In this document: positions 23,701 to 36,200 of the stretch, in pieces
How the letters are laid out: every line of letters begins with the position of its first letter
Numbering within the stretch: the stretch's first letter is position 1
Source of the DNA: Bilabrum cf. latius
Taxonomy: Eukaryota
NCBI GenBank assembly: GCA_965178125.1
Contig: OZ237747.1
Coordinates: 620,001 to 684,000 of the forward strand
Direction: 5' to 3'
Length of the DNA stretch: 64,000 nucleotides
The notes under the pieces: model-generated
The model's database searches: none
The model's input: the letters and a program-made list of their open reading frames with translations, nothing else
What the model was told of the DNA's origin: nothing
Made by a program: the position numbers and the translations under genes

Positions 23701-26451
23701 GCCGCCTCTGCCTCCAAGTAGCTGCAGGACTCGCAGGCGGAGCAGCAGTGCCTGAGGTCGGAAGCCGAGGCAGCCGACGGCGCGGCCCAGCAGCTGGGAG
23801 AGGCCCTCGCGGCCAAGGAGGAGCTATCACGCCGCCTGACAGACGCCGAGGAGGAGCTGCGGGCGGCCAAGGCCGAGGCCCAGGCCAAAGAAGAGGAGGC
23901 TGAGGCAGCCGCAGAGATGGTGCAGGAGGCGGACGAGGCGCGCGTGCAGGCAGAGGCCCGGGCAGACAAGGCCGACGAGGAGGCGCGCGAGGCCGTGCGG
24001 GAGGAGATCGAAGCCGCGTAGGCCCGAGCGCAGGAGGAGGCCAAGGCCCGGGCAGAGGCGGAGAGCAAGATTGTCGACCTGTCGGTGCAGCTGAAGGAAG
24101 CCACCGCCTGCAAGCACCGAGGGGATGATGAGGCGGAGAGCGCAAGGGCGACTGAAGCTGCCAGCGCGGCTGCCAAGCTAGCAGAGAGAGCGGAAGAGCT
24201 CGCCAAGACGCGCGTCATGCTGCAAGAGGCGCAGGACGGGCAGCGAGCGGCAGTGAACGAGCTCGAGAAGTTCCGAGCGGCGCTGGATGGGCAGGATGCC
24301 GCCGATGTCGTGGTGCGTGCGGAACGCGCTGAGTCTGCGGCCGCCAGAGCGTCGGAGGAGCTAGAGGCCGCGCGCCTTGAAGCCACCCGGTCGAGCGAAA
24401 GGCTCCAGCAGCAGCTGCAAGACGCTATGCACCGAGCAGACGCTGCCGAGGAGAGGACAGCCGAGCTGCAGGCCAGCCTCGGAGCCCTGCGCGAGTCGCA
24501 GGCGGGCGAGGAAGAGGCTGCATCGGCCGCCAAGGAGGCCGCTGCAGCGGCCTCAAAGGAGAAGAACGATGCGATGGCTCTCGCAAACGACCTTCAGGAG
24601 CAGCTCAGAGAGGCCTCTGTTCAGAGAGACGAGGCTATCGCGGCCGCGAGGGCGGCAGAGACCGCCGTCGCAGAGGCCAGGGAGGACGCAGAGTAGGCCA
24701 GGGGGCAGAGAGACGCGGCCGCGGCAGCGGCCTCGAGGCACCGGCACGAGGCCCAGGAACTGCGAGCGGGTAAGGAGAGGGACGCCGCTGAGATCGAGAG
24801 GCTGGCCGCGAGGGTGGCCAAACTGGACCGCGTCAAGATGACCAAGGGCCAGATCGCCCAGGTGCAGCGGGCCTTCAAGGAGAGGGACGAGCTCAGGAAG
24901 CAGGTCAAGGAGATGAAGGAGGCCGAGGGGAAGGCCGGATCTTCCACGAGAAGGGGCAAGGCGGCGGCAGAGGAGGCGGTTTCGCTGAGGGCACAGCTGC
25001 AGGCTGCCGCAGATGCCGCGGAATCCGCTCGCAAGGAGGCAGACGATGCAGCGGGAGAGGCCTCCGATGCACGGGCCGAGGCCGACAGGCTAGCAGAGGA
25101 GGTGGAGGCCGTGGGCCACGCCGCCCAGCAGGCTCGCAGGAGGGTGGCTGCCGCAGAGAGTGCCCTGGCCGTCATCGCCTCAGCGTGCGCGGGATCCATC
25201 GGTGTGCACGGAGGGGGATCTGCGGAAGAAGACTCGAACGACCTGTTCGGGCTGCCCTCGATCGATGAGACGGCAGATGCGGCGGGAAGGGACGCAGATG
25301 TGGTCAGGCGCGCCCACGCAGCGCTCACCCAGGCTCCTGCGGATGAAAACCAGGAGCCGCCCGCGCCACCCTCGCCAGAGGCCGTGGCAGCACTTGCGGC
25401 TGCTGTGCTGCGCGTGCAGCGCCGCAGGGCCGAAGCGGCCTCAGCAGAAGCAGGCAAGGTCCAGCGCAGGGTGGACGCCCTCAGCCGGCGAGCGGTGGCA
25501 GCGGCAGATGCCGCCAAGGAGGCGGAGGCAGCGCGTGCCGAGGCCCAGTCCGCCCTGAGCACTGCTCGTGAGGAGGCCTCCCGCGGCTCTCGGGAGGAGG
25601 CACAGGCAGCCATGCAGGGCAAGGCCGCCGCGGAGGAGGCGCTGGCGGAGGCGAGGTCGAGGGCGGCGGCAGCGGAGGCCGCGCGGGACGCCCTAGAGGC
25701 CAGGATCCAGCGGGCGGAAGAGGCGGCCAACTCGGCGGATGCTGCGGCCCGACAGGCCCGTCGTGCCGCTGAGGAGGCGGGCAAGCAGGCAGCCACCATG
25801 GCGGCCAAAGCAGAGGCAGCAGAAGCCGCCAAGGAGGCAGCGGAGGACGCCAGGCGGTCCGGCGAGGTTGACGCGAGGGCGAGCGTGCGGTATTTGGAGA
25901 AGGAGAACCTGGACCTTCTTGTGGAGATCAGGGCGCTCCGAGCGGCAGCTGCGGACGCGAGGTACCAAGCCAACACGGCCAAGGGGATGGCGGCGGCTGC
26001 CGCACGCAGGCGGGCGCCGGCCAGCAAGCCCAAGCCAGAGAGTGCCGTCGCCCCCATTGCCAAAGAGGTAGAGCAAGAAGACGACCAGGAGGAAGTGGAG
26101 TGCGGCGAGGAGCTCGAGGAGCTGGCGGCACTGGGTGGGGGCGATGCCGAGGACGAAGGGGGGTCTGGGCGAGAGTCGCTCGAGGTAGCCAGGCCGATGC
26201 TGCCGCTGGACGATGAGGAGGAAGAGGACGGTGATGATGAGGACCAGCAGTGCAATAGTGATGCTGATGGTGGTGATGGGACGTTTGGCGGAAGGCCGAG
26301 TCGGTTGCGAGTCAGAGACGTGAATGCCGATGCCCACGGTAGCGCGGGCCGAAAGGGGGTTGATTCCAGCGGGCAGGCCGCTGTCGTCGCGGAGGAGGCC
26401 GCAGCTGTGCTCGGTGACGACGATGGACCCGGGGAGTGCCAGCAGCAGTAA
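20768..26451 (+). CDS. Kinesin-7/CENP-E-like motor with long coiled-coil tail
   Basis: IAVCLRMRP; intron 20982-21070 restores YAFDRVFG; YGQTAAGKT, SSRSH, LVDLAGSE, INKSLLAL, then after TAG 22003 HVNFRDSKLTRILQ. Further TAG at 23719, 24019 and 24694. Ends GECQQQ-TAA, a CaaX-like terminus as in CENP-E. Confidence 0.88.
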
Positions 26452-27255
26452 TAGTTGAGGTGCGTTGATGTTCTCTTTCTGGTATCCATGCTTCTTGAAT
26501 TCCGCTTGCTGTATGACAGCTCCCAAACTTTACGGAGAAGCAACACAAATGGCAGATCCTACGGGTAAGCTTACTGGAGGGGTTCCCTCCCGTGGCTCGC
26601 CGCGGAAAACCAGAATACCAGAATAATTTGTAGGTTAAAATACAGAAATACAGAAATACATTGTTGGGTAAAGATTCCGTAAGCACCCAGATGCACCGTC
26701 GCCCCCGAGGGGGTTTGAGTGATCACCTAGATCCAGAGGAGCCCTAAAACAAAGGACTACAAGACCCCCGACCCTTTCAGGCCAAAGGCCCCCCGTTCTC
26801 AGCCTATGCCGCCGAGTTCCCATTCTTCGCCATCAGTGTGGTCCCCCACAGGCCCCCAGCCTGTTGCCTTCACAAGGAGAAAGCGTACAGGTGCGGAGCG
26901 TGTGCCCGGCACAAGGCGCGGTCCAGTCCCACATCAGGGTCCCCGGTCGAGACCCACCATTTCCTCCTCCATGACCGTCTCTGCGTCTCACGGTAAAGAA
27001 ACCACACAAAGTTATGTGCAGTGCAACCACGAATGGCTGTCACACCCCCAAGGTGGGGCCATCAAAGATGACCTCAGAGAACAACGCGATCAAAAGACCC
27101 GCAGCCCCCCCCTAGAGCAAAGGCCAAAGTCGCGGTGCCTGCCAGTTTTTGTAGCGTGTACTAGTAGCTAATCACTGAATCCGTAATCGGATCACATGAA
27201 CAGCATCCAGGCTAACTGGTGTGCCTGACAGCTCCTGCTAGATCGATAGTCTAGC

Positions 27256-30200
27256 ATGGGCAGTCTTTGCCTGCTAGTATTAGCGCTTATTGCTTGTATC
27301 TCTAGTGAGAGCTGGTATTTACCGAACTTGAATGAGTTACCGCGCTGCTTGCCAAGGCTGCCTCGATCCCGCCGTTGCTTCGGCGATTTTCGCCTGACAA
27401 ACGGTTCTCTAATCGGCCTCGAAAAATTTCTCACGTAGGTACTCATGCATCGTGCACAAACAACCGCAAAGACACTTCTGGTGAGCAAGAATCTGTGCCA
27501 TGGCCCATGACTCAAGGGCACGGTGTTTCCACCCACGGCCGACCACATGGCTGGACTCTTCCTATTCATGGCCCCACATCGGTAGTATGGCTTCCATGGT
27601 GCTGCGCTGGCTGATATACTGCTAATAATTTGGTCAGCTGCTAGCGGGCGACTCCTGGGTAGGCCCGGATCCAAGCACTCGGGGCCCAACAGCAAGTTTT
27701 AGTTTCACCCGTCCACATCCATTGTCGCGTCCTGCCAGTACTGCAACTTTTTTGTCTTTACGTGCTTCTCAACGTGCATGTGTACTTGCTTTGGTCTGCA
27801 GAGTACGGCGTGGACTGCGGCGGCTCGTGCGCGGCTGCGTGCTCCGAGAGCGCCCTGACCATCAAGGACGACTACTCGCAATCGAACGTCATGGACGACG
27901 GGAAGGTTGTCGAGATCAGAACCAATGGCGGCGAATGTCCTGGCCGCTGGTCCATCAATTCCAGCCATATCTATCAGTCAGCCAACTGCTACGGGGAATC
28001 ATGGCCGGGAACCACCCTGAACGGCAACAAGAGGTGCACCCAGTAGGTGGGAGGCACCTACTACATCATGCAGCGGCTGGGGGCCCTAGGAGACTTTGAA
28101 GCCTAGCTATCGCTACGATCAAACGACGTCGATGGTTTTGGAATCGTCTGGTCGTACTCGGATGCCGAGGGCGATCACAACATGTACCAGATCATGCTTG
28201 ACCACACGAACCAGTGCGCGGACCTGATGCGAAGGCAGCACGGTGTCACGAACTACATCGTCAAGACCCCCAAGGCGACCAAGTGGAGGTACCCGAGAAG
28301 CACTTTTTTCAAGGCCCGCCTCACGTACATTCAAGGCCACATCAAGTTCGAGGTCATGTTCACCGGGACGACGTACGTGAAGGTGTTCGAGCACACCGAC
28401 CCGAACCCTCTCCCAGCGGGCAACGTCGGCTTAGCGAGTTTCGCCAGCACGGGGGCTTACTACCGCATTGACTCGCTCAAGCTGCTCTCCAATACGTGCG
28501 ATCGCAACCTGCCCTCGGCCTCGTCCTCACTCAAGCTGCACCTGACCGCTGACTCGTTCGCCCAGTCGGCAGCAGGCACAGCCGTGAAGCAGTGGAACGA
28601 CGTGAGTGGGTACAGCAACCACGCCTGGATCGGGTCGGACGCCCAAGCTCCCAACGTCTTCAAGAGCAGGTGGACGGGCCGCAACGCCGTGAGCTTCACG
28701 TCGGCCGACACGCTCCAGCTGTGGGGGGCCGCGTACCTGGACCCTCGCGCCTCGGGTATGACGCTCTTCATGGTCGTGGACCCGACCAGCGCAGGGAGCC
28801 TGCTCGAGGGACCCGGCGTAAAGCGCATGCCGCGCCAAACCCTCCTGCGAGAGGACTTCTCTGGAATATCAACTAACGACCGGATCGGGTACTACGGATC
28901 GTGTTCTTTAAAAGAAACAGGTGCAAGCAAGGCCAGGTTCTCGATCAGCAGATCTGGAAGTTGCTACATGTACGGCGGCGACTTTGCCTACGTGGATGGC
29001 GGACGATTCCACAGCAAAGACACGAGCAGTTGGATTTTTCTTACCATGCGAAGCATTTAGGTGGCCATCTTTGAAAACATCAAGGTGTCGTTTCGCCTTC
29101 GCCGGTACGGGTGAGATCGATCCATGCATGAACGAGCCACAGGAGGATCCCGCTGCTATCGATCCAGCCCATCTCTGCTTGCAGTGTGCTGTTCCTGTGC
29201 CATTCCGTTGCCCTCCAATACTGTTTCCCAAGCTAAATATCGCAGCGTCAATGATGCGGGTGACTGCGTCGAGATGCACTACTCATATAACGAAGGCAGT
29301 TCATACACAAGAATGTTTAGGGGATGCCGCGATTAGGGCTGGACGACCCACAACTTTGACCTTCCTAATCCACCAATTGGCTCTTCCAAGCTGCTGGTGC
29401 AGTTCCGCATGTACCATTCCTTTGGTCCAGAGGGATCGCAGCTGGACAACATCATCATCACAGGAATAAATACGATAGTCCCAGTTACGATGGTCAAGGC
29501 GGAGGCGACCACTGGCAGCCGTTTGTCTGCCCATGCTGTGAATCCATCTGATGACATATACTCCATCTCCCAGAATTTGAACTACTGGACCTATTATCAG
29601 GTCGACAAACCCGCTGTCGTGGCCATGCGGGTAAATGGGGCTACTTCCAAGCTTACTTTTGTGGCCGGTGGTTACCTCCAGTCAGTGGCCATGTCGGGTG
29701 TCACAGACGCGGGCACGCTCATGACGGCCGTCACTAAGCTGTTCAAGAGCACGCAGTCGGGGTTGCTGTACGAACTACAGGTGTACGATAGAGCCTTGGG
29801 CGATGAAGACGTTCTGAAAGTCAGGAAGGTATTGACCAGGAAGTACGACGCTGTCCTTGCATACAGGGACAGCACCTGGCAATCAAGCAGGTGCGAAGTC
29901 CTTGGAGACGGAGCTGCTGCCGGGTACGTGGGGAGCACCATCGTGAATGCAAACAATTACTATTGCAGATACGGGTACATGCGGCTAAGAAATCAGCAAT
30001 CGGTGGATTATGCCACGTGCCCCTTCGAGTGCAACACGGGCATGGTACCGGTCCGGGGGCAGGCCAAGCGGTTCTGCATGTACAGTCAAAGTTATAGCGG
30101 GGCCCCTCTCGCCTGCGCCCCGAAGTGTCCCCGCCTCAGGGCCGAGAAGACGGATGGATGCGCGCTGGGCCGCATCCACGATACGTTCGGGGCGTCCTCT

Positions 30201-33200
30201 GGCCGTTGGCGCGGCAGCAAGACAGATCGCCTGGTGGCCCTCCCGTGGCTGGCAGGCTCCGAGTACGAGATGTGGTGGGAACAAGACGGCTATGTAACCC
30301 TCAAGCGGGACGACTCGTGCAGCTCTGCATAGAAGCAGAACAACTACCTTGTGACGATGGACCGGGGCTGGGAGCTCGATTTCCTGCCACTGAACGTGTC
30401 TGTGGATGTCTATGGCAGCAGCGGGCAGGCGGGCGTTGTGCTGCGGACCCAGAGCGACGTCTTTGATCCGCATCAGCTGGCCATGGACGGGCACTACGTG
30501 GCCATGCTGGACTGGGACGAGGGCCGTATGAAGGTGCATCGAAGGGCTGATGGTGCCCTCCGAACCCCACTGTGCAACGTTCAGCTGAGCATCATGAAGA
30601 AGAACTCGTGGCACACGCTGCAGGTGCTGTCCAACGGCACCAGCATCAAGGCGTACCTAGACGGCGTGCTGCGCTGCGATGCCGAAGACTTGGCGTCCGA
30701 CGCGCTAGCAAACGGTGGTGCTGGGCTGTACACGGACTCTCCGGGCAACCCTGCGAGATTTCGCAACTGGAGGGTGGAGCAAATAGACAGTCTGTGCTCC
30801 GAATGGTGCAATGACATGGCAGAGGGCGAAACGTGCACCTTCCAGTGCAAGGCACCCTTTGTGCCCAAGGGAGATGCCACCCGTACATGTGGATCCACAG
30901 GGTTGTGGGGCGGATCTAGTGTCAACTGCGGATACCCTGCACCCGTCATGGCGGATCAGACTCGCGAGGTGCTGGAGGAGAGCGACGAGAACACCGCCGT
31001 GGGGGATCCTCTCGAGCACAACGTGCCTGGACAGTTCGAGGTGCACTACAAGATCATCTCCGGCAACACCGGCAATGCGTTTAGGGTGTCGACGTGCTCG
31101 GGCCAGCTACGAGTGCAAACTCCCAGTGCCACGGACTACGAGCAGGGCGTGCGCACGATTACACTCACCATGGAGGCGGCCACTGAGGGGGCCGCGGATG
31201 CAATCGCCACGTTTACCGTGACCGTTACCATTCTGGACAGGAACGAACCACCACTGTTTGAGGCCCAGAGCCGCACCGTGGACGAGAATGCCCCCGAAGG
31301 AACCAGCGTTGGTGCTGCGCTGGCCGCTACGGACCCTGAAGGTGACGACATCGTTTGGTCGATCGAGCTGGGCAACGCCAGGGATGCCTTCTCTATTGCC
31401 TCTACTACTGGTCAGCTTATGGCTGGTGCCACGTTTCCCAGCCCTTTGGACTTCGAGACCGTCCCAAGCTGGAGGATCGTGGTACGGGCGGCCAACGTGG
31501 AGCAGCAAGATGGAGAGGACGTAGTGGTGGCGTACACGGACGCCACGGTGACCATCACTCTGAACGACGTGAACGAGGCGCCGACCGCAGACAACATCAC
31601 GGCTAGGCTGGCCGAGGGATTCGGATAGAACGGAGAGGCTGGGGCAGCGAGGGACGTGGCGGTGCTGCAAAGCTATGATTAGGACGCAGGGCAGACGGTC
31701 GAGTTGACAGCGCAGTCGGGGTATCAGGCGAGACTGTTCACGGTGTTTGCCAACGGCACGGTACGTCTGGCTGACGGGGTAGTGCTGGACTACGAGACGC
31801 AGCCCAAGCTGCTGCTACCGTTCGTAGCCACGGACGATCACTCGCCCCCGCTGTCTTCGAGGGCCTTCATGGTACTCGAGGTCACGGACGTGAACGAGGC
31901 ACCCGTAGTGACATGGCCGGGCGAAGGGAGCGCCCCTGCCTTGAGCGTGTTGGAGGACAAGAAAGAAGGGGATGTGGTAGGTCGCATTGTAGCCACGGAC
32001 CCAGACAAAGGACAGGAGGCCAGGTTTCGCATTGATTCGCAGATCCCCGAGGGCAAGCTGAGCATCGACGTGGAGACCGGGGTCATCACGCTGGCACCAC
32101 GGTCTGCTGATGCTGAATCCACTGGCAGCATTCTGGACACCGAGACGCAGCCGCAGTTGCGTGCAAATATCACCGTGTACGACACGGAGTTTGAGGTATC
32201 GAAGGAGGTCACCATCGCGGTGGATGACGTGGACGAGCCGCCTGTATTCACCACCGCAGTATCTGGTGCTTTGACGGTACAAGAGAATCGCGAATCTGCT
32301 TCGGCTGGGACTCGGGTGCCTGTGGGTACGGTGCGGGCAGTCAACCCCGAGAGTGGGACGGCGGCTGGCATCACGTACAGCATCGTGTCTCAGGATGCCA
32401 CCAAAGACGGGCACACGGCCCCGTTTGTGCTGGATTCGGCCACAGGCGTGCTGTCCATCAGCGAGTCCGAGCAAGGCGGAGAGAAGCCAGACCTGGATCA
32501 CGAATTCCAGGGCGGATTTATGGCTCTCAATGTCAGCGCCTCAGACGGCACCTCTCCTGCCGGTGCCACAGTCGTTGAGTACCTCATAACGGTGTAGAAC
32601 GTCAACGAGGCGCCTTCCATTGATGCAAGCGGGGAGGATTTCTTCGCCGCCGCATCGAGGGCGGGAACCATCGGCACCCCGCTAGAGTAGTTCGTTTCGG
32701 ACGAGGATCTGCAGAGCACCACAGCCACGGAGAGCTTCAACTTCACCATCACGAGCGGGGATGACGACGGCATCTTTAGCGTGCAGCAGGGAACTGGGCA
32801 GCTCTTCGTCACCGAGACGAACGCGCAGAAGCCGGGCTTTGCGTACTCCGAGGCAGGTGGGCAGGGGGTGAACGAGTTCATGCTGCGGATTGAGGCCAAG
32901 GACAGGGGGGGGCTCACAGGAACCGGCACGGTGAAGGTGACGCTGACGAAGACCAACGTTGCTCCCGAGTTTTCTCAGTAGGAACACACGATGGACGTGG
33001 ATGAAAACTCCGCGGACAGCACTGAGGTCGGTCGGGTAGATGCCACGGACATCAACGAAGGCCAGAGCGTCACGTTCTCCCTGGCACCCACTGGTGCATC
33101 CGCCAACGCGCCCTTCCCATTCGTGGTGCAGTCACTCACGGGAAGTCAGGCCAGCTCAGGGGCTGACGGCACGGCCGTTATCTCGGTGGCTCCTGGGTCC

Positions 33201-36200
33201 GGAGGAGCAGCACCCGGGCTGCTGGATTTTGAGGGTGGGGCACAGAGCTTTGAGGCCGTGCTGACGGCGACAGACTCTGACAGTGCCACCCCTCTGAGTT
33301 CCACATCCAAGGTAGTCATCACGGTGAATGAAGTGGCCGAGGCGCCATTCTTTGATGCTGACCAGCGAACGCCCAACTCGGTCCGGTACGATGTCACCAT
33401 CGAAGAGCGAGCGGCAAGTGGAACGGCCGTACGCATGGCCGATGCGTCTGAGGAGGCTACCCCGGGGCAAGGAGCGGTTGCAGTGCTCACTGCCGGCGAA
33501 GATGACGTTGTGGATGCTGGCACCGTTACGTATGTCATTCGAGCTCCTGATGGGTCATCGGCACAGTCACAGAGCGTGCGAGCTTGCGGAGCTTCCATCA
33601 CGGCCAACAGCACAACAGGCGCTCTATTCATCGACTAGTGGGGCCTGCTTGATTTCGAGGAGAATCCCAGTTTTAGGTGCACCATCGTGGCGACGGATGG
33701 TCGAGGAAGCACCGACACGGCTGACGTGGTGGTGGCTCTGATCGATTCGAACGACGCACCATCGGTGCCGGAGGGACAGCTGCTGACCGTGTCAGAAGAC
33801 GCCGCCGGTGGCGCTGCCGTGGGCACTGTGTCAGTGTCGGATCCAGACTCGAAGGAGTAGTGGAGGAGTTTCACCATTATGTTGATTGGTGACCCGAATC
33901 TTGGACCTGCAGATCCTGTCAACGACTAGTATGCATCATTCGGTAACACGGGGAGTGCAGGGAATCAGGGGACAGGCCAAGAGGACAGCGGAGACCAACA
34001 GCAGGACAGCGGAGACCAAGAGCAGGACAGTGGAGATCAAGAGCAGGACAGTGGAGACCAAGAGCAGGACAGCGGGAGCCCTGGCAGTGCTAACGACACT
34101 GCGAACGCTACCTTTTCCTTTTCTAGCAACTCCAATCTAGAGGTGTACCGTTTATTCGAGATGGACCCTGCCTCGGGCAGCCTCAAGCTGCGCCCAGGAC
34201 AGCAACTCGACTGGGAGCGTAAGGCCTCGTACGAGGTGCAATTTGCCGTAACTGACGGAGGGGGGCTGCGTACTACGGCAAGCGTGACCGTCTCTGTAGT
34301 GGATGTGCCCGATGCAGCCATCACGGGGTACCGGACGCTAGATGATACGGCCCAAGCCATCGGATAGGATGGACTGACCGATGCGCAGAGACAGCAGCAG
34401 CAGCAACAGGGCAGTACAGTCAACAGTACAGGCACCTCTGGACCCGCGGACGGCACCGTGGTAGTAAGCAACGTGCAGTACGGCACTGCCGGTGGGGACT
34501 GGGTGGTGCTGCAAGGCTCGGGATTCTCGCCTGCCCAGGTGCGAGTTGACGCAGAGGGGCTCGACCTCTCTGGGTACGCCATATCGGCCACGTACGGCCC
34601 TGTGGAGGAGCCCGCCAAGTACACGGCCACAGGCTGCTACATAGTGCAGCCGGGGTACGAAGTGGCTTGCAAAGCGCAAGAAGGGGCGGGCAGAGGACAC
34701 GCGTGGTCGCTTCGACTCATTGAGGCGTCGTCCGGCAGAGACCATACGGCTGCATCGCAGGGAGTTTTCACGGGATACATGCCGCCGTCCATCGCAAGTG
34801 TGGCTGGCCTTGGAGGCATGGGCAGTGTGCTGTCTACCCGCGGTTCTCCCCCGGACAACTCGGTCTCCCTGATCGTGGACGGGTCCAATTTCGGGCCCGT
34901 CGGCACTCGCGTTCAGCTGTCGTACGGACCAGACCTTACTTTCTCCGAAGCGGGTTCAGTGGGCGTGTTCGCGGCGAGGAATTGCCGTGTAAGTACCGCC
35001 CACGTGCAGATGACATGTCATCCCGTGGCCGGATTCGGCGCCGACATGGTCTTTGTAGCCACGGTTGCGGGGCAGCAGTCGTCGTCCCACTTGAGCGGGC
35101 TTTCCTATGCGCCCCCGGAGATCGACGAGGTGATTGTGCTGCGGCAGCAGGACGTGCAAAATACCCGGGCAGCCGCTCTCGAAGCCGGCGAAAACGCCTA
35201 GTTGGCTGTGGAAGCCCTGGCCATGGGTATGGACGTTTCACAGACCAACGCACTGCTATCCACGCACGGCATCGACACAGTGTACATCAAGGGCAACTAC
35301 TTCGGCCCGGGAGTCGACGCACTCGAGGGTGCCGGCGTGTCTGCGTGCTACGGTCCCGGGACCGAGCCCGAGCGGTACTGTGTGGACAGGTGCATCAACA
35401 TGCCCACAGACCCGCACACGGGAGTGCTGTGCCAGGCGCAGGCAGGTGTGGGCTCAGGACACGCGTGGCAGGTCACGATGGGCGCACAGACGGTGGACAG
35501 CCGCTCCACCGACACGACCTCCTACCTCGCTCCCGCGCCCTCCGCAGTCACGGGCCAAGGAGCGGCGGACGCAAAAACGGACGGCTGCGAGATCGTCATC
35601 CTGGAGGGAGACCAGTTCGGGCCAAGGACGGTGCTGGATGACTCGGTGCAAGAGGCTTGCTCCCGGGCGCTGGACAACGTGGCAAGGGTCACCAACGCGA
35701 CCCGCCCCGATGGGTACGTCCCAATGCCCAGGCCCAAGGTGACCTACTGGTCCAAGTGGGCTGCAGAGGCTAACCCGACTGGATACACTGTCTTTGAGGC
35801 AACGGACTGCTTCGTGTCCTCTGCAAGTACCAGGATCACCTGCAGAACAGCGCCGGGCATCGGAGATGAGCTGGTGTGGAAGGTGGAGATCGACGAGCAA
35901 GAGAGTCCCGTGCTCGAGGCCATGACCAACTACCATCCACCCGTGATTACTAGCTACGACGGGCCTGGATCGTCGCTTGCCCGCACGGAGGGCGAGCAAG
36001 CCGTGTTGATCCACGGCCGGCACTTTGGCCCGATGGGTTCGGAAGTAGCGCAGGCTGTTTACACGAGGAACGAGGTAGAAGAGGGGTATCTGCAGGAACT
36101 GGAGGACCAGGTAGAGGCCAGGCGAGCTCTCCTGCAGCACGCTGTGGACTCTTCCAGGGCAAGCGGCAAGCGAGTGCTCGAGAGCGAAGATCTTGCCCCC

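Noticed and set aside
2394-26546. Long antisense ORFs (e.g. 2394-3935+, 6564-7805+, 21880-23163-, 23160-24533-, 24621-26546-)
   Set aside because: Shadow ORFs caused by high GC and repeats on the strand opposite recognisable genes; no domains.
29112-29114. In-frame TGA in the giant gene as selenocysteine or read-through
   Set aside because: It lies inside a predicted 135-nt intron (29111 GTGAG ... CGCAG 29245) whose removal gives RRYGVNDAG.
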